Assembly: GCF_009914755.1 (NCBI RefSeq)
Contig: NC_060932.1
DNA from: the human T2T-CHM13v2.0 reference genome, Homo sapiens
Length of the DNA stretch: 64,000 nucleotides
Strand: one strand, 5' to 3'
A model generated the notes under the pieces. The model was not told the origin of the DNA. It saw only the letters and a list, made by a program, of their open reading frames with translations, and searched no databases. A program made the translations under genes and the position numbers. Shown piece by piece: positions 11,441-24,108 of the stretch (positions within the stretch are counted from its first letter, which is position 1; each line of letters opens with the position of its first letter).

Positions 11441-13421
11441 AATGTATTTTAAATGATAATAGGTTATGTCTGCAGTGTTGAATGAACCCAAAATGAAAAG
11501 TAGTTGGTGCTACTTCCCTTGCTGCACAGCAAGACACAGCTGCCTTTGTGGTATGATACCCATAACCTACATTTTGAACAGCAGAATAATCTTAAGTGGT
11601 ATAAAAAAGAAATGGCATATCAACTCCAGTAAGTATTCTTTCTAGCAATAAAAAAACAAGTTCTATTCAACTTCAGAGGTATGAATTTATGGTATCTATA
11701 CATGTGATATTTATAATTAGTTCTTATAAGGCAGTTTTTATCCCTGAAGCACTTTATGAAATTAACTAATTAATCTTCATCATATCCTTTAGAGAGAGAT
11801 AACTGTAGCCTATTTGCAAAGAGCCTCTGTTATGGGGCTCAAGATGATTTATGAATATTATATACAACGATAAGCAGACTCAAGGCACTTCAGATACACA
11901 CAAGCTGACAATGAGGATTTAGGATGCATTCATTCCCTAAGCAAATGTTTATTTAGTGTCATTACTATATAACCTAGGGGCTGATACCTGTAGGAGGTGA
12001 GACACTGTCTGCCTGGTTAAAGGCAGTGATCATGAGGGTGGGATGTTGTCTTTAGAAAAGACAACAAATCCCTGTTGACCTCTTTGACCCAAATATAAAA
12101 TGACTGCCATGAGGGCAGTTCACCCAAGTGCAGAGACTGCTTCTTCCTTCTGCTCACATTTTCTAACCTGCAGAGTTTATTTCTGACTTGGCTAGGACTG
12201 CCTGGAATTTACAGTGCAATCCTCTGGTATTTTCATTTCTCATCACTGGTGACGCTTCCCACTGCCACATCTCCCTGCTCATTTTCAGCCCTGTTCCAAT
12301 CCCTAGCACCACCCTCAACTACAGTCTAAAAAGAATTAAGCATCCCTAGCTCAGAGATCCAAGTTTTACTATTCCATCATCTGTCATGGTAGTCTAACAC
12401 CAAAGTACTAATACTTTCCTTTTTAACTATGCTAGTGTCTTATCTTACTTGAGGTTCCCTAGAAGCAGAGTCTGAAATGATTGGGCAAATAATTTATAGT
12501 CAAAATGCTCTCAGAAGAAACCAGTCAGGGAGTGAGAAAACCAGAGTAGTACAGGAATTTGAGCAACAGTTTAGGAATAAGTCTAGCCTCAGCCTGATCT
12601 CCTGACCCCAAGGGTGCAATTCTCATTCCAGAGGTAAGGGGAATATGTTACTAAAATAGGTCTGCAGAAGTCAATTTTTGGATTGACCTCCCTCCACGAG
12701 GGACCAGGTCCACAACTGGGATATCTCTAGGTAAGATGGTGCTCATCAGTAGAAAGTTTGTCAGCAGCCAACACCTGCAGTACCTGGGGGACAGGTGCAC
12801 TGGCCTGGCAAAGGGCATCTGGGCAAAGCACCACCACCATTGGCTCCAGCCCACTTGGCACCACTCAGATTTATTTACCGCTTGTATTAAGTTTTCTCAA
12901 TATACTCACAGCTTCTTCTGGTTTTGGTTTAGTCATAATTTCTGAGTAAAAATTACAAGATGAAAACTAGTGAGACAAACTACAGCCCCGCTGTTGCTAT
13001 TGGTCCTGAAAAAGCAAGTGAAACTCATGATGACCTTTCTTTACCACTATTCTTTATTGCTTTCAATCTCAGTTCATATGTCTGATGGCCTAGGTGGCTT
13101 GCCTGCTGGCTGGCCTAGGCTCACATCCCTGAGGGTTCTGAGCCCTTGATTACCATATGCTTATCAGGCCATAGTTGAATTTGCCCATTTTAATTAAAAT
13201 TGGACTTGGGAGGTGACCTAGAGATGCCTAGTGGATAATGTGTTTGCCAAGCATATTTCTCCCTGCCTCTCTTGTACACCACCAGCCTTATATTCTCACG
13301 ATTATCCACATGGTATCTCATTTCTTTGTCTGCTGGTCTATTGAAACTATAATCCCAAAGTAAATAGGTAGCACAGGTAACAGCCACAGCTTTGTGTTTA
13401 GTAAAACTTTTACTGAGTCCT

Positions 13422-14020
13422 AACTAGTTCAACCATTGTGGAAGACAGTGTGGCGATTCCTCAAGGATCTAGAACTAGAAATACCATTTCACCCAGCCAT
13501 CCCATTGCTGGATATATACCCAAAGGAATATAAATCGTGCTGCTATAAAGACACATGCCACGTATGTTTATTGTGGCACTATTCACAATAGCAAAGACCT
13601 GGAACCAACCAAAATGTCCATCAATGATAGACTGGATTAAGAAAATGTGGCACATATACACCATGGATTACTATGCAGCCATAAAAAAGGATGAGTTCAT
13701 GTCCTTTGTAGGGACATGGATGAAGCTGGAAACCATCATTCTCAGCAAACTATCGCAAGGACACAAAACCAAACACCAGATGTTCTCACTCATAGGCGGG
13801 AATTGAACAATGAGAACACTTGGACACAGGAAGGAGAACATCACACACTGGGGCCTGTCATGGGGTGGGGGGAGGGGGGAGGGATAGCATTAGGAGATAT
13901 ACCTAATGTAAATGATGAGTTAATGGGTGCAGCACACCAACATGTTGCATGTATACGTATGTAACAAACCTGCACGTTGTGCACATGTACCCTAGAACTT
14001 AAAGTACAATAAAAAAAATA
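13422..14020 (+). mobile_element. 5'-truncated L1PA with poly(A)
   Basis: L1 ORF2 C-terminus (MFIVALFTIAKTWNQPKCPSMIDWIKKMWHIY...SLIGGN), 3'UTR, A tail; 19-bp TSD AAAACTTTTACTGA(G/A)TCCT at 13403-13421 and 14021-14039. Confidence 0.95.
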
Positions 14021-15628
14021 AAAACTTTTACTGAATCCTTTGGTGAAAGTATTCCCTTTCCAGGAACTAGGATCTTCATTCCTGCAGAGTCTAAACTTAC
14101 AGAGGTGAGAAACACAAATTCCGCAAGTAGGTCACTGGGAATGATTGTGACTCGGGCCATTTCTATTTCTGTGACTTAGTTTCTAGATCCAAGTGTTCTA
14201 TCTGTTGGGAACACAATACCATGTAAAGGTTGTTGATTTCAGGCATTTACCCTGAAGAAGAGTGCTACACATTTGCAGGTATATTGCATCTGTAAACAAT
14301 ATGTTGTAGGAGCAGTGGGTCCTCCCATCATCATGTGACCACTACTGTTCCTCCTTTACTATAAAGTGAGTCTCTTGGTCCAAGGCAATGTCATATAGGA
14401 TATCATTTTTTCTTAAAGCCAGTACTCTGGTGATGGTACTGTTTGAAGCACTATGGAAAGGACAGGTTAACCCATATTTCTATCTCTTTTTCAGGGAAGA
14501 AGTAGTCCATGTAATCAAGTTGCTACCAGCTGTCTGATTTATCTCCTTAAAGGATGATCCCATATCAAGGGCTCAGGGGTGCCCTTTCTTATTGGTCAGA
14601 TATTTAGCAGTGGCATTAGCTAGATCATCCCTGGTGAGAAGGCACCTATAGCTTCGGGCCCATGCATAGTCTCCATTTTTGAAACCACACCTGCTCCATT
14701 GATGAGCACATTGCACAAGCACAGGGGTAGACAAGGACAGAGGTGACAGGCAAGAAATCTTATTCACCTGGCGGTTCAGTGCCTCATCTGCACTGAATGT
14801 TTTCTGGCAGGCATTAATGTAGAATAAAGATATTCACATTTTGTGCCCACTTCCCCAGGTATACCAAGGTGCCTTTTACTTAGACCTCATTGCCCCCAGT
14901 CTTCTTATGTTGCTTCTTCCAGGTCACTGATGAATCAGTGAAGCCATTTATCACTACCCATGATTCTATGTAAAGTCTTAACTCGGACCATTTTTCTTTC
15001 CATACAAATACATTATGAGGTTCTCTGTCAAAGAGCTCTGTTCTTTGGGAGGAGCTTACCTCACCACTGTCTTTTAGGGCCACCCATGTGTTAGGATGTA
15101 GTTAATCATCAGTCCATTTTCAACCTGCAGAACATACTGGGCTAAACCAACTTTGAGCCAAGCCTGCATTTTTTTCCTCCTCTGTCACCTGATCTTAGGG
15201 AGCCCTACAGACTATAGTGAGAGCTGAAGGAGAGGTATTGGTTCAAAAGTGCTGGATGTAGAAGGTTTGGCTCACCTGTTCTTCTAGATTACTCTTGCCT
15301 TCTAGACATACTGAAGCCCAATCCCAAATATTCCACCTCCCCTGGAAGACGGATTTCTGCTGATCATATGACAGTGAGTCTGACGGAACTCAGTTCAGGG
15401 TAGATAGCTCAGGGTTTATGGTAAACTAATGTCCCATAATCATGAGCTCACTATCCACTAGGGCCCATAAACTTGCCAAAAGATGCTTTCTAATTCTTCA
15501 TATAGTTCTCTGCTGCAGGCAACATGGCCTGCATCCTGAACCTTAGGCATCTGTAATGTGATTCTCTTATTAGGCCTTGCTGGAAATTCCACACAGAAAG
15601 CTCTACTACCATGGAATCCATTGGGTCA

Positions 15629-15982
15629 TGTATTAGTCCATTTTCACACTGCTGATAAAGACATACCCGAGAATGGGCAATTTACAAAAGAAAGAGGTTT
15701 AATGGACTTACAGTTCTGCGTGGCTGAGGAAGCCTCACAATCATGGTGGAAGGCAAGGAGGAGCAAGTCACGTCTTACATGGATGGCAGCAGGCAAAGAG
15801 AGAGCTTGTACAGGGAAACTCCCCCTTACAGGACCATCAGATCTCAGAAGACTTATTCACTATCATGAGAACAGCACAGGAAAGACCTGCCCCCATGATT
15901 CAATTACCTCCCACTGGGTCCCTTCCACAATACAAGGGAATTCAAGATGAGATTTGGGTGGGGACACAGCCAAACTATATCA
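15629..15982 (-). mobile_element. THE1 (THE1B-like) MaLR solo LTR
   Basis: tgtattagtccattttcacactgctgataaagacatacccgag...ggggacacagccaaactatatca; 5-bp TSD GGTCA/GATCA. Confidence 0.9.
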
Positions 15983-17378
15983 GATCATATGGCCCACTAG
16001 GCAGGGCTGCTTGTACCACAGCCTAAACATGCTACAAAATACTTTCTTGCTCTGAATCCTACTCAAAACAGGTAGCCTTCCATATGACTTTATGAATGAT
16101 TTGAAGCATTTCCACAAGCAATGTATGCTGCTTCCAAAACCCAAAGAGGCCTATTTAGTTGTGCTTCTTTCTTAGTTGTAGGAGGGACAAGGCAAAATAA
16201 CAGGTCCTTCACTGTGAAGGAAGTGATTGGCATATCCCACACTACTGACCCCTAAAAGTTTTTCCAATATAACATGCTTCTCAAATGTTTCAGGGTTTAG
16301 CTCTCACCCTCTGGAGTATGTGTCTTATCAGTGCATCTAGGGTACCTGCCAATTTATGTCCATTAATTTCAAATAAAATATCAGCAATATAATGGACCAA
16401 CATTAAGGTCCATGGGATACTGAGATGATCCAGATGGTTTTGAATAATGTTGTAACAGATATCAGGAGAGTTAACTAGCACTGGAGCAAAACTGAGAATA
16501 CATTGTCATCTACATCTTACTCACACCACATAGGAGTGTGAACTCTTTTTGATCTTCCTTCTTGATGGCTGGAGGATGCATTTTCCAGATAAATAGCCAC
16601 CTACCACATACTAGAGACAGGAATATTTATCTCTTTTAGTAAAGACAGTACATTTGGCACAGATAGCTATTTGGCTAATTTTGCAGTATCTACTGCCATC
16701 GACTGTATTCAGTTCTTGCAGGGCCAACCTGATGAATTAAATGGGGATATGATGGAGTCTACCACTCCTATATCCTTTAAGTCTTTGAGAGTGTCACTAA
16801 TCCCTACCATTCTACCCATAGTGTGATACTATTTTTTGTTTACTATTTTGAAAAGGGAAGTTTCAGGGGATTCCACTTGGCCTTTCCTACTCCAGTAACT
16901 CTTCTTCCACAGGGGAAGGAACAAATGTGACAATTCAGCCAACTAAATATATTTCTTCTTATTTTACACTTATGAATGGGAAAAATGACCACTGGGTAGG
17001 TCTGTGGGCCCAGTGGACCAATCGGGTAATACACCCAAGACAGTACTCTACTTATTATGTGACCTCCATTGACTGCTGCTGTAATGTGGGAAGAGGGGCT
17101 TGTAGTGGGATTTAGGGTTTCCAAGTGTTAGTGTCAGCTCAGACTCTATATCCAACAACCTTCAAAAACTATGGGTATCTCCAGTGTACAATTACACAGT
17201 AAATATCTGTAGGTCCCTTTAGGGGAATTATTGGGAGTTAATACTTGCTGTGGTATTGTGGGGCTCTTTATTCAAGGTGGCTTAATTCCTCTTTTAATGA
17301 TTAATTCTGAGAACTGTCTCAAGTCTGAAAACTGGCTGAGAGATGATGCCTTTCCTTTGGGCAGCTTGTGTTTTGTGG

Positions 17379-17379
<1 letters not shown>

Positions 17380-17414
<35 letters not shown>
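17380..17414. repeat. (GT)n microsatellite
   Basis: Direct inspection. Confidence 0.95.
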
Positions 17415-17416
<2 letters not shown>

Positions 17417-17825
17417 AACTGGCTATCCATGTATCTTGCCTCTGAGAACACCATGTTTTATGAGCCATCTCCATAAATTCTTGAAGGCCAGGCCCCCTGG
17501 CCGCCATTCTGACCTTACTGCCCATAACAGTAATCATACTCGTCTTGTCTCTGGTAGTTACATGCTGTTGCCTGACTTCTGCTATTCTGAGATCCATCCT
17601 TCCCGTTGTTATTAAGGAGCCCACTTCTGTAACAGTATCTTCCACTATCAACCTACAGGGGACAGCCACCATTGTGCTTGTCAGTGATTATAGAATCCCT
17701 CTCACCAGAATATTCCTTCTTGCCAAAAGAAATGTTCTTTGGCCTTTCCCAGGGAGTCAACTAGTGGATCTTCCAGTTTTACATAATAAATTTAGCAATC
17801 TCACTTCTCCAAAACTTTTGATCCC

Positions 17826-18900
17826 TATCAGGGGAAACTGCCCCCAATATTTCAACATAGGTTCTTTCTATTTTCCATAAGTTTTGGCCGGCTGAGAAAT
17901 ATAGAGAAAGAGTACAAAGAGAGGAATTTTACAGCTGGGTTGCTGGGGGTGACACCACATATCAGTAGGACTGTGATGCCCACCTGAGCCTCAAACCAGC
18001 AATTTTTTTTAAGGGTTTCAAAAGGGGAGGGAGTGTAAGAACAGAGAGTAGGTATAAAGATCACATGCTTCGAAGGGCAAAAAGCAGAACAAAGATGACA
18101 TGCTTCTGAGGGAAGAGGACAAAGGGCAAAAGCAGAACTACTAATAAGGGTCCAACAAAGATCACAAGGCAAAGGACAAAAGCAGAACTACTGATAACGG
18201 TCTATGTTCAGTGGTGCACATATTGTCTTGATAAACATCTTAAACAACAGAAAACAGGGCTCGAGAGCAGAGAACTGGTCTGACCACAAATTTACCAGGG
18301 CAGAGATTTTCCCCACCTTAGTAAGCCTGAGGGTACTGCAGGAGACCAGGGCATATCTCAGCCCTTATCTCAACCGCATAAGACAGACATTCCCAGAGCG
18401 GCCATTTATAGACCTCCCCCAAGGAACGCATTCCTTTCCCAGGGTATCAATGTTAATATTCCTTGCTAGGAAAAGAATTTAGTGATATCTTCCTTACTTG
18501 CACGTTCATTTATAGGCTCTCTGCAAGAAGAAAAATACGGCTCTTTTTGCCCGATCCCACAGGCAGTCAGACCTTATGGTTGTCTTCCCTTGTTCCCTAA
18601 AAATCGCTGTTATTCTATTATTTTTCAAGGTGCACTGATTTCATATTGTTCAAACACACATGTTTTACAATCAATTTGTACAGTTAACACAATTATCACA
18701 GTGGTCCTGAGGTGACGTACATCCTCAGCTTACGAAGGTAACAGGATTAAGAGATTAAAGTAAGACAGGCATAAGAAATTATAAAAGTATTATTTGGGAA
18801 CTGATAAATGTCCCCATTAAAATGAAATCTTCACAATTTATGTTCCCCTGCCACAGCTCCAGCCGGTCCCTCCATTTGGGGTCCCTGACTTCCTGCAACA
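17826..18900 (-). mobile_element. MER11 (ERVK class) solo LTR
   Basis: ~1.07 kb with internal aaagcagaac repeats, ends ...ggggtccctgacttcctgcaaca; perfect 6-bp TSD GATCCC (17820-17825, 18901-18906). Confidence 0.9.
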
Positions 18901-18939
18901 GATCCCTGCTTAAACTGCCTGAGAACATTCTTTTAAAAT

Positions 18940-20797
18940 GTATTTATTTATTTATTTCATTAGTTAATTTAAAGATTCAGGGGGTACCTGTGCAGGTGTG
19001 TTACATGGGTTTATTGTGTGATTCTGAGGTTTAGGCTTCTAATGATTCCATCACCCAAGTAGCAAACATGGTACCCAATAGGTAGTTTTTCAACTCTCTC
19101 TCTTCTTTTAGAATCACCAGTATTTATTGGCCCTATTTTTGTGTCCATGAGTACCTAGCATTTAGCCCCTACTTGTAAATGAGAACACATAATACATGGT
19201 TTTATGTTTCTGTGTTAATTTGTTTAGGATAATGGCCTCCAGCAGCCTTCATGTTGCTGCAAAACACATGATTTCATTATTTTTTTATGGCTGTGTAGTA
19301 CTCCATGGTGCATATATATCACATTTTAAAAATTCAGTCTACCATTGATGGACATCTCAGTTGATTCATGTCTTTGTTATTGTGAATAGTGCAGTGGTGA
19401 ATATATGAGTACATGTGTCTTTGGGGTAAAATGGTTTATTTTCCTTTGGGCATATACCCAGTAATTGAATTGCTGGGTCAAATGGTAGTTCTATTTTTAG
19501 TTCTATGAAAAATATCCAAACTGCTTTCCACAGTGGCTGAATTAGTTTACATTCCCATCAATTGTGTATAAGCTTCCTTTTTCTCCACAACTGTGCCAAC
19601 ATCTGTTATTTTTTAACTTTTTAATAATAGCCATTCTGACTGGTGTGAGATGGTATCTCATTGTGATTTTGATTTGCATCTCTCTCTCATTATTAGTGAT
19701 GATGAGCATTTTTTCATATGCTGGTTATCCATTTGTATGTCTTCTTTTGAAAAGTGTCTGTTCTTGTCCTTTGCCTACTTCTTAATGGGGTGGTTTGTTT
19801 GTTTTATAAATTTGTTTAAGTCCCTAATAGATGCTGGATGTTAGACTTCTGTTACATGCATATTTCTCCATTCTGTATGTTGTCTGTTTACTCTGTTGAT
19901 AATTTCTTTTGCTGTGCAGAAGCTCTTTAGCTTAATTAAGTCTCACTTGTCAATTTTCATTTTTGTTGTGTTTGCTTTTGAAGACTTAGTCATAAATTCT
20001 CTGCCTAGGCCTATGTCTACAAGAGTATTTCCTAGGTTTTCTTCTAGGATTTTTATAGTTTGAGGGCTTAAACCTTAATGCTTAAACCTAAGCCCTAAAT
20101 ATTTAGTTCATCTTGAGTTGATTTTTTATTTTTATTTTTTTTTGAGACAGGGTCTTGCTCTGTCACCCAGGCTGGAATGCAGTGGTGCCATCATGGCTCA
20201 CTGCAACCTCCGTCCCTCAGGCTCAAGCGATCCTCCCACCTCGGCCTCCTGAGTAGCTAGGACCATAGGTGTGCATCACCATGCCTAGATATTTTGTTTG
20301 TTTTGTATTTTTAGTAGAGACAGGGCCTCACCATGTTGCCCAGGCTGGTCTTGGATTCCTGAGCTCGAGAGATCCACTTGCTGCAGCCTCCCAAAGTGCT
20401 GGATTACAGGTGTGAGCCACCGTGCCCAGCCTTGAGTTGATTTTTCTAGATGGTGAGAGGTAAGAGTCCAGTTTCATTTTTTTTGCACATGGTTAGCCTG
20501 TTTTCCCAGCACTATTTACCAAATACAGTATCCTTTCCCCATTGTTTATTTTTGCCAATCTTGTCAAAGATCTGTTGGTTGTAGGTGTGTGGCTTTATTT
20601 CAAGGGTCTCTATTCTGTTCCGTTGGTCTATGTGTCTATTTCTGTATCACTGTTTTGGTTACTATAACCTGGTATCGTTTGAAGTTGAGTGATGTGATCC
20701 CTCTGGCTTTATTCTTTTTTCTTAGGATTGCATTAGCTATTCAGCCTTTTTTTTTTTTTGGTTCTGTATGAAATTTAGAATAATTTTTCTAATTCCC
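18940..20797 (-). mobile_element. L1 (L1PA/PB-type) 3' portion, split by an Alu
   Basis: Antisense L1 3'UTR/ORF2 text (aatagccattctgactggtgtgagatggtatctcattgtg). Confidence 0.9.
20124..20431 (-). mobile_element. Alu (AluJ-like)
   Basis: Full dimer antisense, T-tail, TSD TTGAGTTGATTTTT on both sides. Confidence 0.9.
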
Positions 20798-23768
20798 TCA
20801 AAGTAGTCTTACTTACTACATTATCTGACTTCCTTAAAGAGCAGGACTTCAGGCTTCACATCAGGCCCCAGTATGGCAGGGCTCTAGTGTATGGAAAGAG
20901 AGATGTAGCATCCAAGTTTCTCTGGACAGTTTATTGAATCTTGGACTCAGTACGAAAATTCAGGTGCAGTACCAGATTCAGGAAAAGTACTCTGCCCCAT
21001 GCCTGTGATGGTCTATCCAGTTACCTTTACCAGGCTGTGTGCCAGTTCCCCAGCTGCTTTGGGTCTTAGCTACTGTCAGCTCAAATCTACATCCTGATGG
21101 GAACTTACTCTTCTCCCCATCTCCAAGCCCCACATGACAAATGCCTGGCTGCTGAGGCAGTATAGTGGTCTAATCTCAGTAGGACTGACTGGGGAGGGTG
21201 CACAAGTACCCCCAGAAAGAACGTGAGTGTGCCTCAGAGTAATTTGGAGGGTGCGGACTGAAGTGGGAGGTGTGAATGAAATGCAAGATGCAGGAGATTT
21301 TGTCAATATAGGGAACTCTCCCAGTCTCCTGGTTGTTATGTCCTGGCAAAGGTCTCTAGAGCTACTCCTAATACACTTGCTTCTGGGATCATGCTTGGAA
21401 GCTTGGACAAAACTGTGGCCTACATAAATCTAGCAGAGATGGCAGAAGCACTGTGGCTACAAGGTCATCTAACTAGCATCAAGCCTCTTGCAAACTGTAT
21501 GATCTTGGGATTATTTAAATTTCTGAGGCTCAATTTTCTTGTGAATGAAATGGGGATAACAATAATACCTACGTTATAGTGGGAGAATGATAAATGAGTT
21601 CTGAGAAGGACATGTGATTCTAAAAGGCCCTGGCTCCATTTCAGAAATAAAAAATATCGTTTTATCACTACTGTAAGAGTTCTTTGATGGATGTTATTTG
21701 CTTGGGACTCGGAATATTGCCTCTTCCTGCATTCCCCAGGGCTTTACTGAACTCGTGTGTTGGAAACCAATGCTCTCCCACCCCAATCCTGCCTCATATT
21801 AGTCTCTTTGGATATGGCTGCCACCTCCTTCCTGGATCCCAGGTTCTGTCTGCTGGCCTCCACTCCCAGTGGGCAGATCTGGTTCTTAACTCCAGCCCCC
21901 TCTCAACTATCTCTCACTTCCTCTCAGTCTGCATTGGGTGGAAGTGGTCCCACCCCTGGAAGAAGTACAATGGAGTTTACTATGGTCTCTGTGCTTTGGA
22001 ACTAATCACATTATGAAGCAAGAGCCAGCTTCAGAGTGTAAGAGTCTTCAAAACCACCATGTCATTTCATTTATTCAACTTCAATGCTTTAGAATATATT
22101 TGTACTGTATCGCTGTCTCATTTTGCAACTGAGTATTATTTTCAAGCATGATTCGTTCATGTCACATAAAACGATAAATTTGTTCATTTAGAACTGCAAA
22201 TCTAGTTATTCATGCTTTATGTAAGCAAATTAAATTTTTTTCTTTGGGATTCTTGACAATATTTAATATTATGAATTCTATCAAGGTGTTAAAAAGGGAA
22301 TCTGAATTTTAAGAATCATAGTAAATTGCAAAATGGGTTTATTAATTTGGGGAGGAGAGGTGTTGCAGAAGAGGTGACATGTGAGCTGGGACTTGGAGGA
22401 AGAAGTCAAGTTCCCCAAGTGCAGATATGGGGTAGGGGAGAGCAGAGAGTTGGATATACTGGAGAGAAGATGGCATGAGCAAAGGTGTGGGGAAGGGAAA
22501 GGATGGGGTTAGAGTGAGACAAATCTACTGGTGCCCAGTTTGGAACACAGTCCGAACAAATGGCTAGAAAGGTATTATGCGGACACATCTATAGAAATCC
22601 TTGAATAATGCATTTTTGATGTATCCATGCTTCAGCCTTGTTGCTTAACAGCAAATGAAATTAATTCATTTGTGATAATAAAACCATAGGTAATGTTATG
22701 GGGTGTTGATATACATACCAAATCTTTTGAGGTTAGAGTCACAGTGGATCTATTGGAGAAAAGCAGACCCAAAATGAAAATTATTCTCTTCTTATTTATG
22801 ACAAGTGCTATGGTATCATAATATGACCATCTATCTTAATGTGAAATGCTTAAAAATATAAATAACTGCAATATTTCTGATTATAAAATGTATGCAGTCA
22901 TTTGTTGTAATTTTTAAATACGAAAAATATTTAGAAAGAAGGTCAAAAGTCACTTGAAATACTTTCATCCAGAAAAAATGGCCATTAATGTTTTGCATTT
23001 TGGTGATCTTCCTTCCCAAAGTCTTGTGTGTGTGTGTGCATGTGTGCATGTGAAGGTAAGTATATGTGCACATGTATGTGTGTGCATAGGCATGTATGAG
23101 CGTGTGTCTGGAAGGTGGGCTCATGGGGAGAGAGGCAATCAGACTTTGCAGAGTCTTGAGAGCAACACAATGGATATTTGGACTCAGTCTCAAGGTCAGT
23201 GATGGCCAATGAACATTTATGAACAGAATAAAAAATGAGATAGTATGTTCAAGATTGTTGCTCTGACTGTGACATTAATAGGGAAAGGAAATATGAGAGG
23301 TCAGGTATTTCAGGAGGAGGCTATAACTCTGGAGTTGAGGTAGTCAGAGAGGTGAACTAGGGCAGAAATTCAGGCAGGTAGAGGGCTGTGCATTCCAGAA
23401 CTATTTATGTGTTCAAATTCACAAGACCTTGCGGATGACCAGATTTGTGAGAGATGAAGGGAATCAAAGATGATTCTTACTCTTCTTTAAAAATAAAAAG
23501 ATCAAAGTGTTCATCAAAGCGTGTCCTGTTCTCTTGCTCATATTCACAAGGCATTACAAAGAGATTTATAAAATTGCTTATTACATAAACTAATGATAAT
23601 GAACTTTACTGAGCAATCATTTTGAGCCAGAGGTCAGACATTTCATTTAATCCTCACAACTGTCCTTAGGTCAAATGATTGACCTAAGGACACACAGTTC
23701 AGAAGTAAAAGAACCTGTGCAAGACCTAATTCTCTCCCTCTCTCAAAATTTCACATTATAATGATGAC

Positions 23769-24108
23769 TGTTATGGACTGGATTTTTCGCCACCCCACCA
23801 CCCAAATTAATTTGTTAAAATGAGGTTGCAAAGGTGGAGGTTTAATCCAATAAGGCTGGTATCCTACCAAGAAAAGGAAGAGACACAAAAGCTCTCTCTC
23901 CACACACACATATAGAAAAAGTCATGTAAAGGCATAGCAAGAAGATAACTGTTTACAAAAGAGGAAGAGGGCCCCTGCCAGGAACCAAATCAACTGACAC
24001 CTTGATCTAGGACTTCCCAGCCTCCAGAATGGTGAGAAAATTAATTTCTGTTTTTTCAGCCCCCTAGTCTGTGGTATTTTGTTATGGCAGCCTGAGCCAA
24101 TTAATAGA
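23769..24108 (+). mobile_element. MaLR LTR (MLT1A-like)
   Basis: tgttatggactg...gacaccttgatctaggacttcccagcctccagaatggtgagaaaattaatttctg...ttgttatggcagcc. Confidence 0.8.

Larger units (their letters stand above)
12434..18930 (-). mobile_element. Decayed ERVL-class provirus (LTR-like end plus internal pro/pol), hosting younger L1, THE1 and MER11 insertions
   Basis: Minus ORF remnants: RNase H-like LKDSGEVSSSQRTEL...WKEKWSELRLYIESWVVINGF (14880-15083), RT-like VNSPDICYNIIQNHLDHL...LVHYIADIL (16290-16481, decayed YIDD), protease-like GPLGPQTYPVVIFP (16843-17124). Confidence 0.8.
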
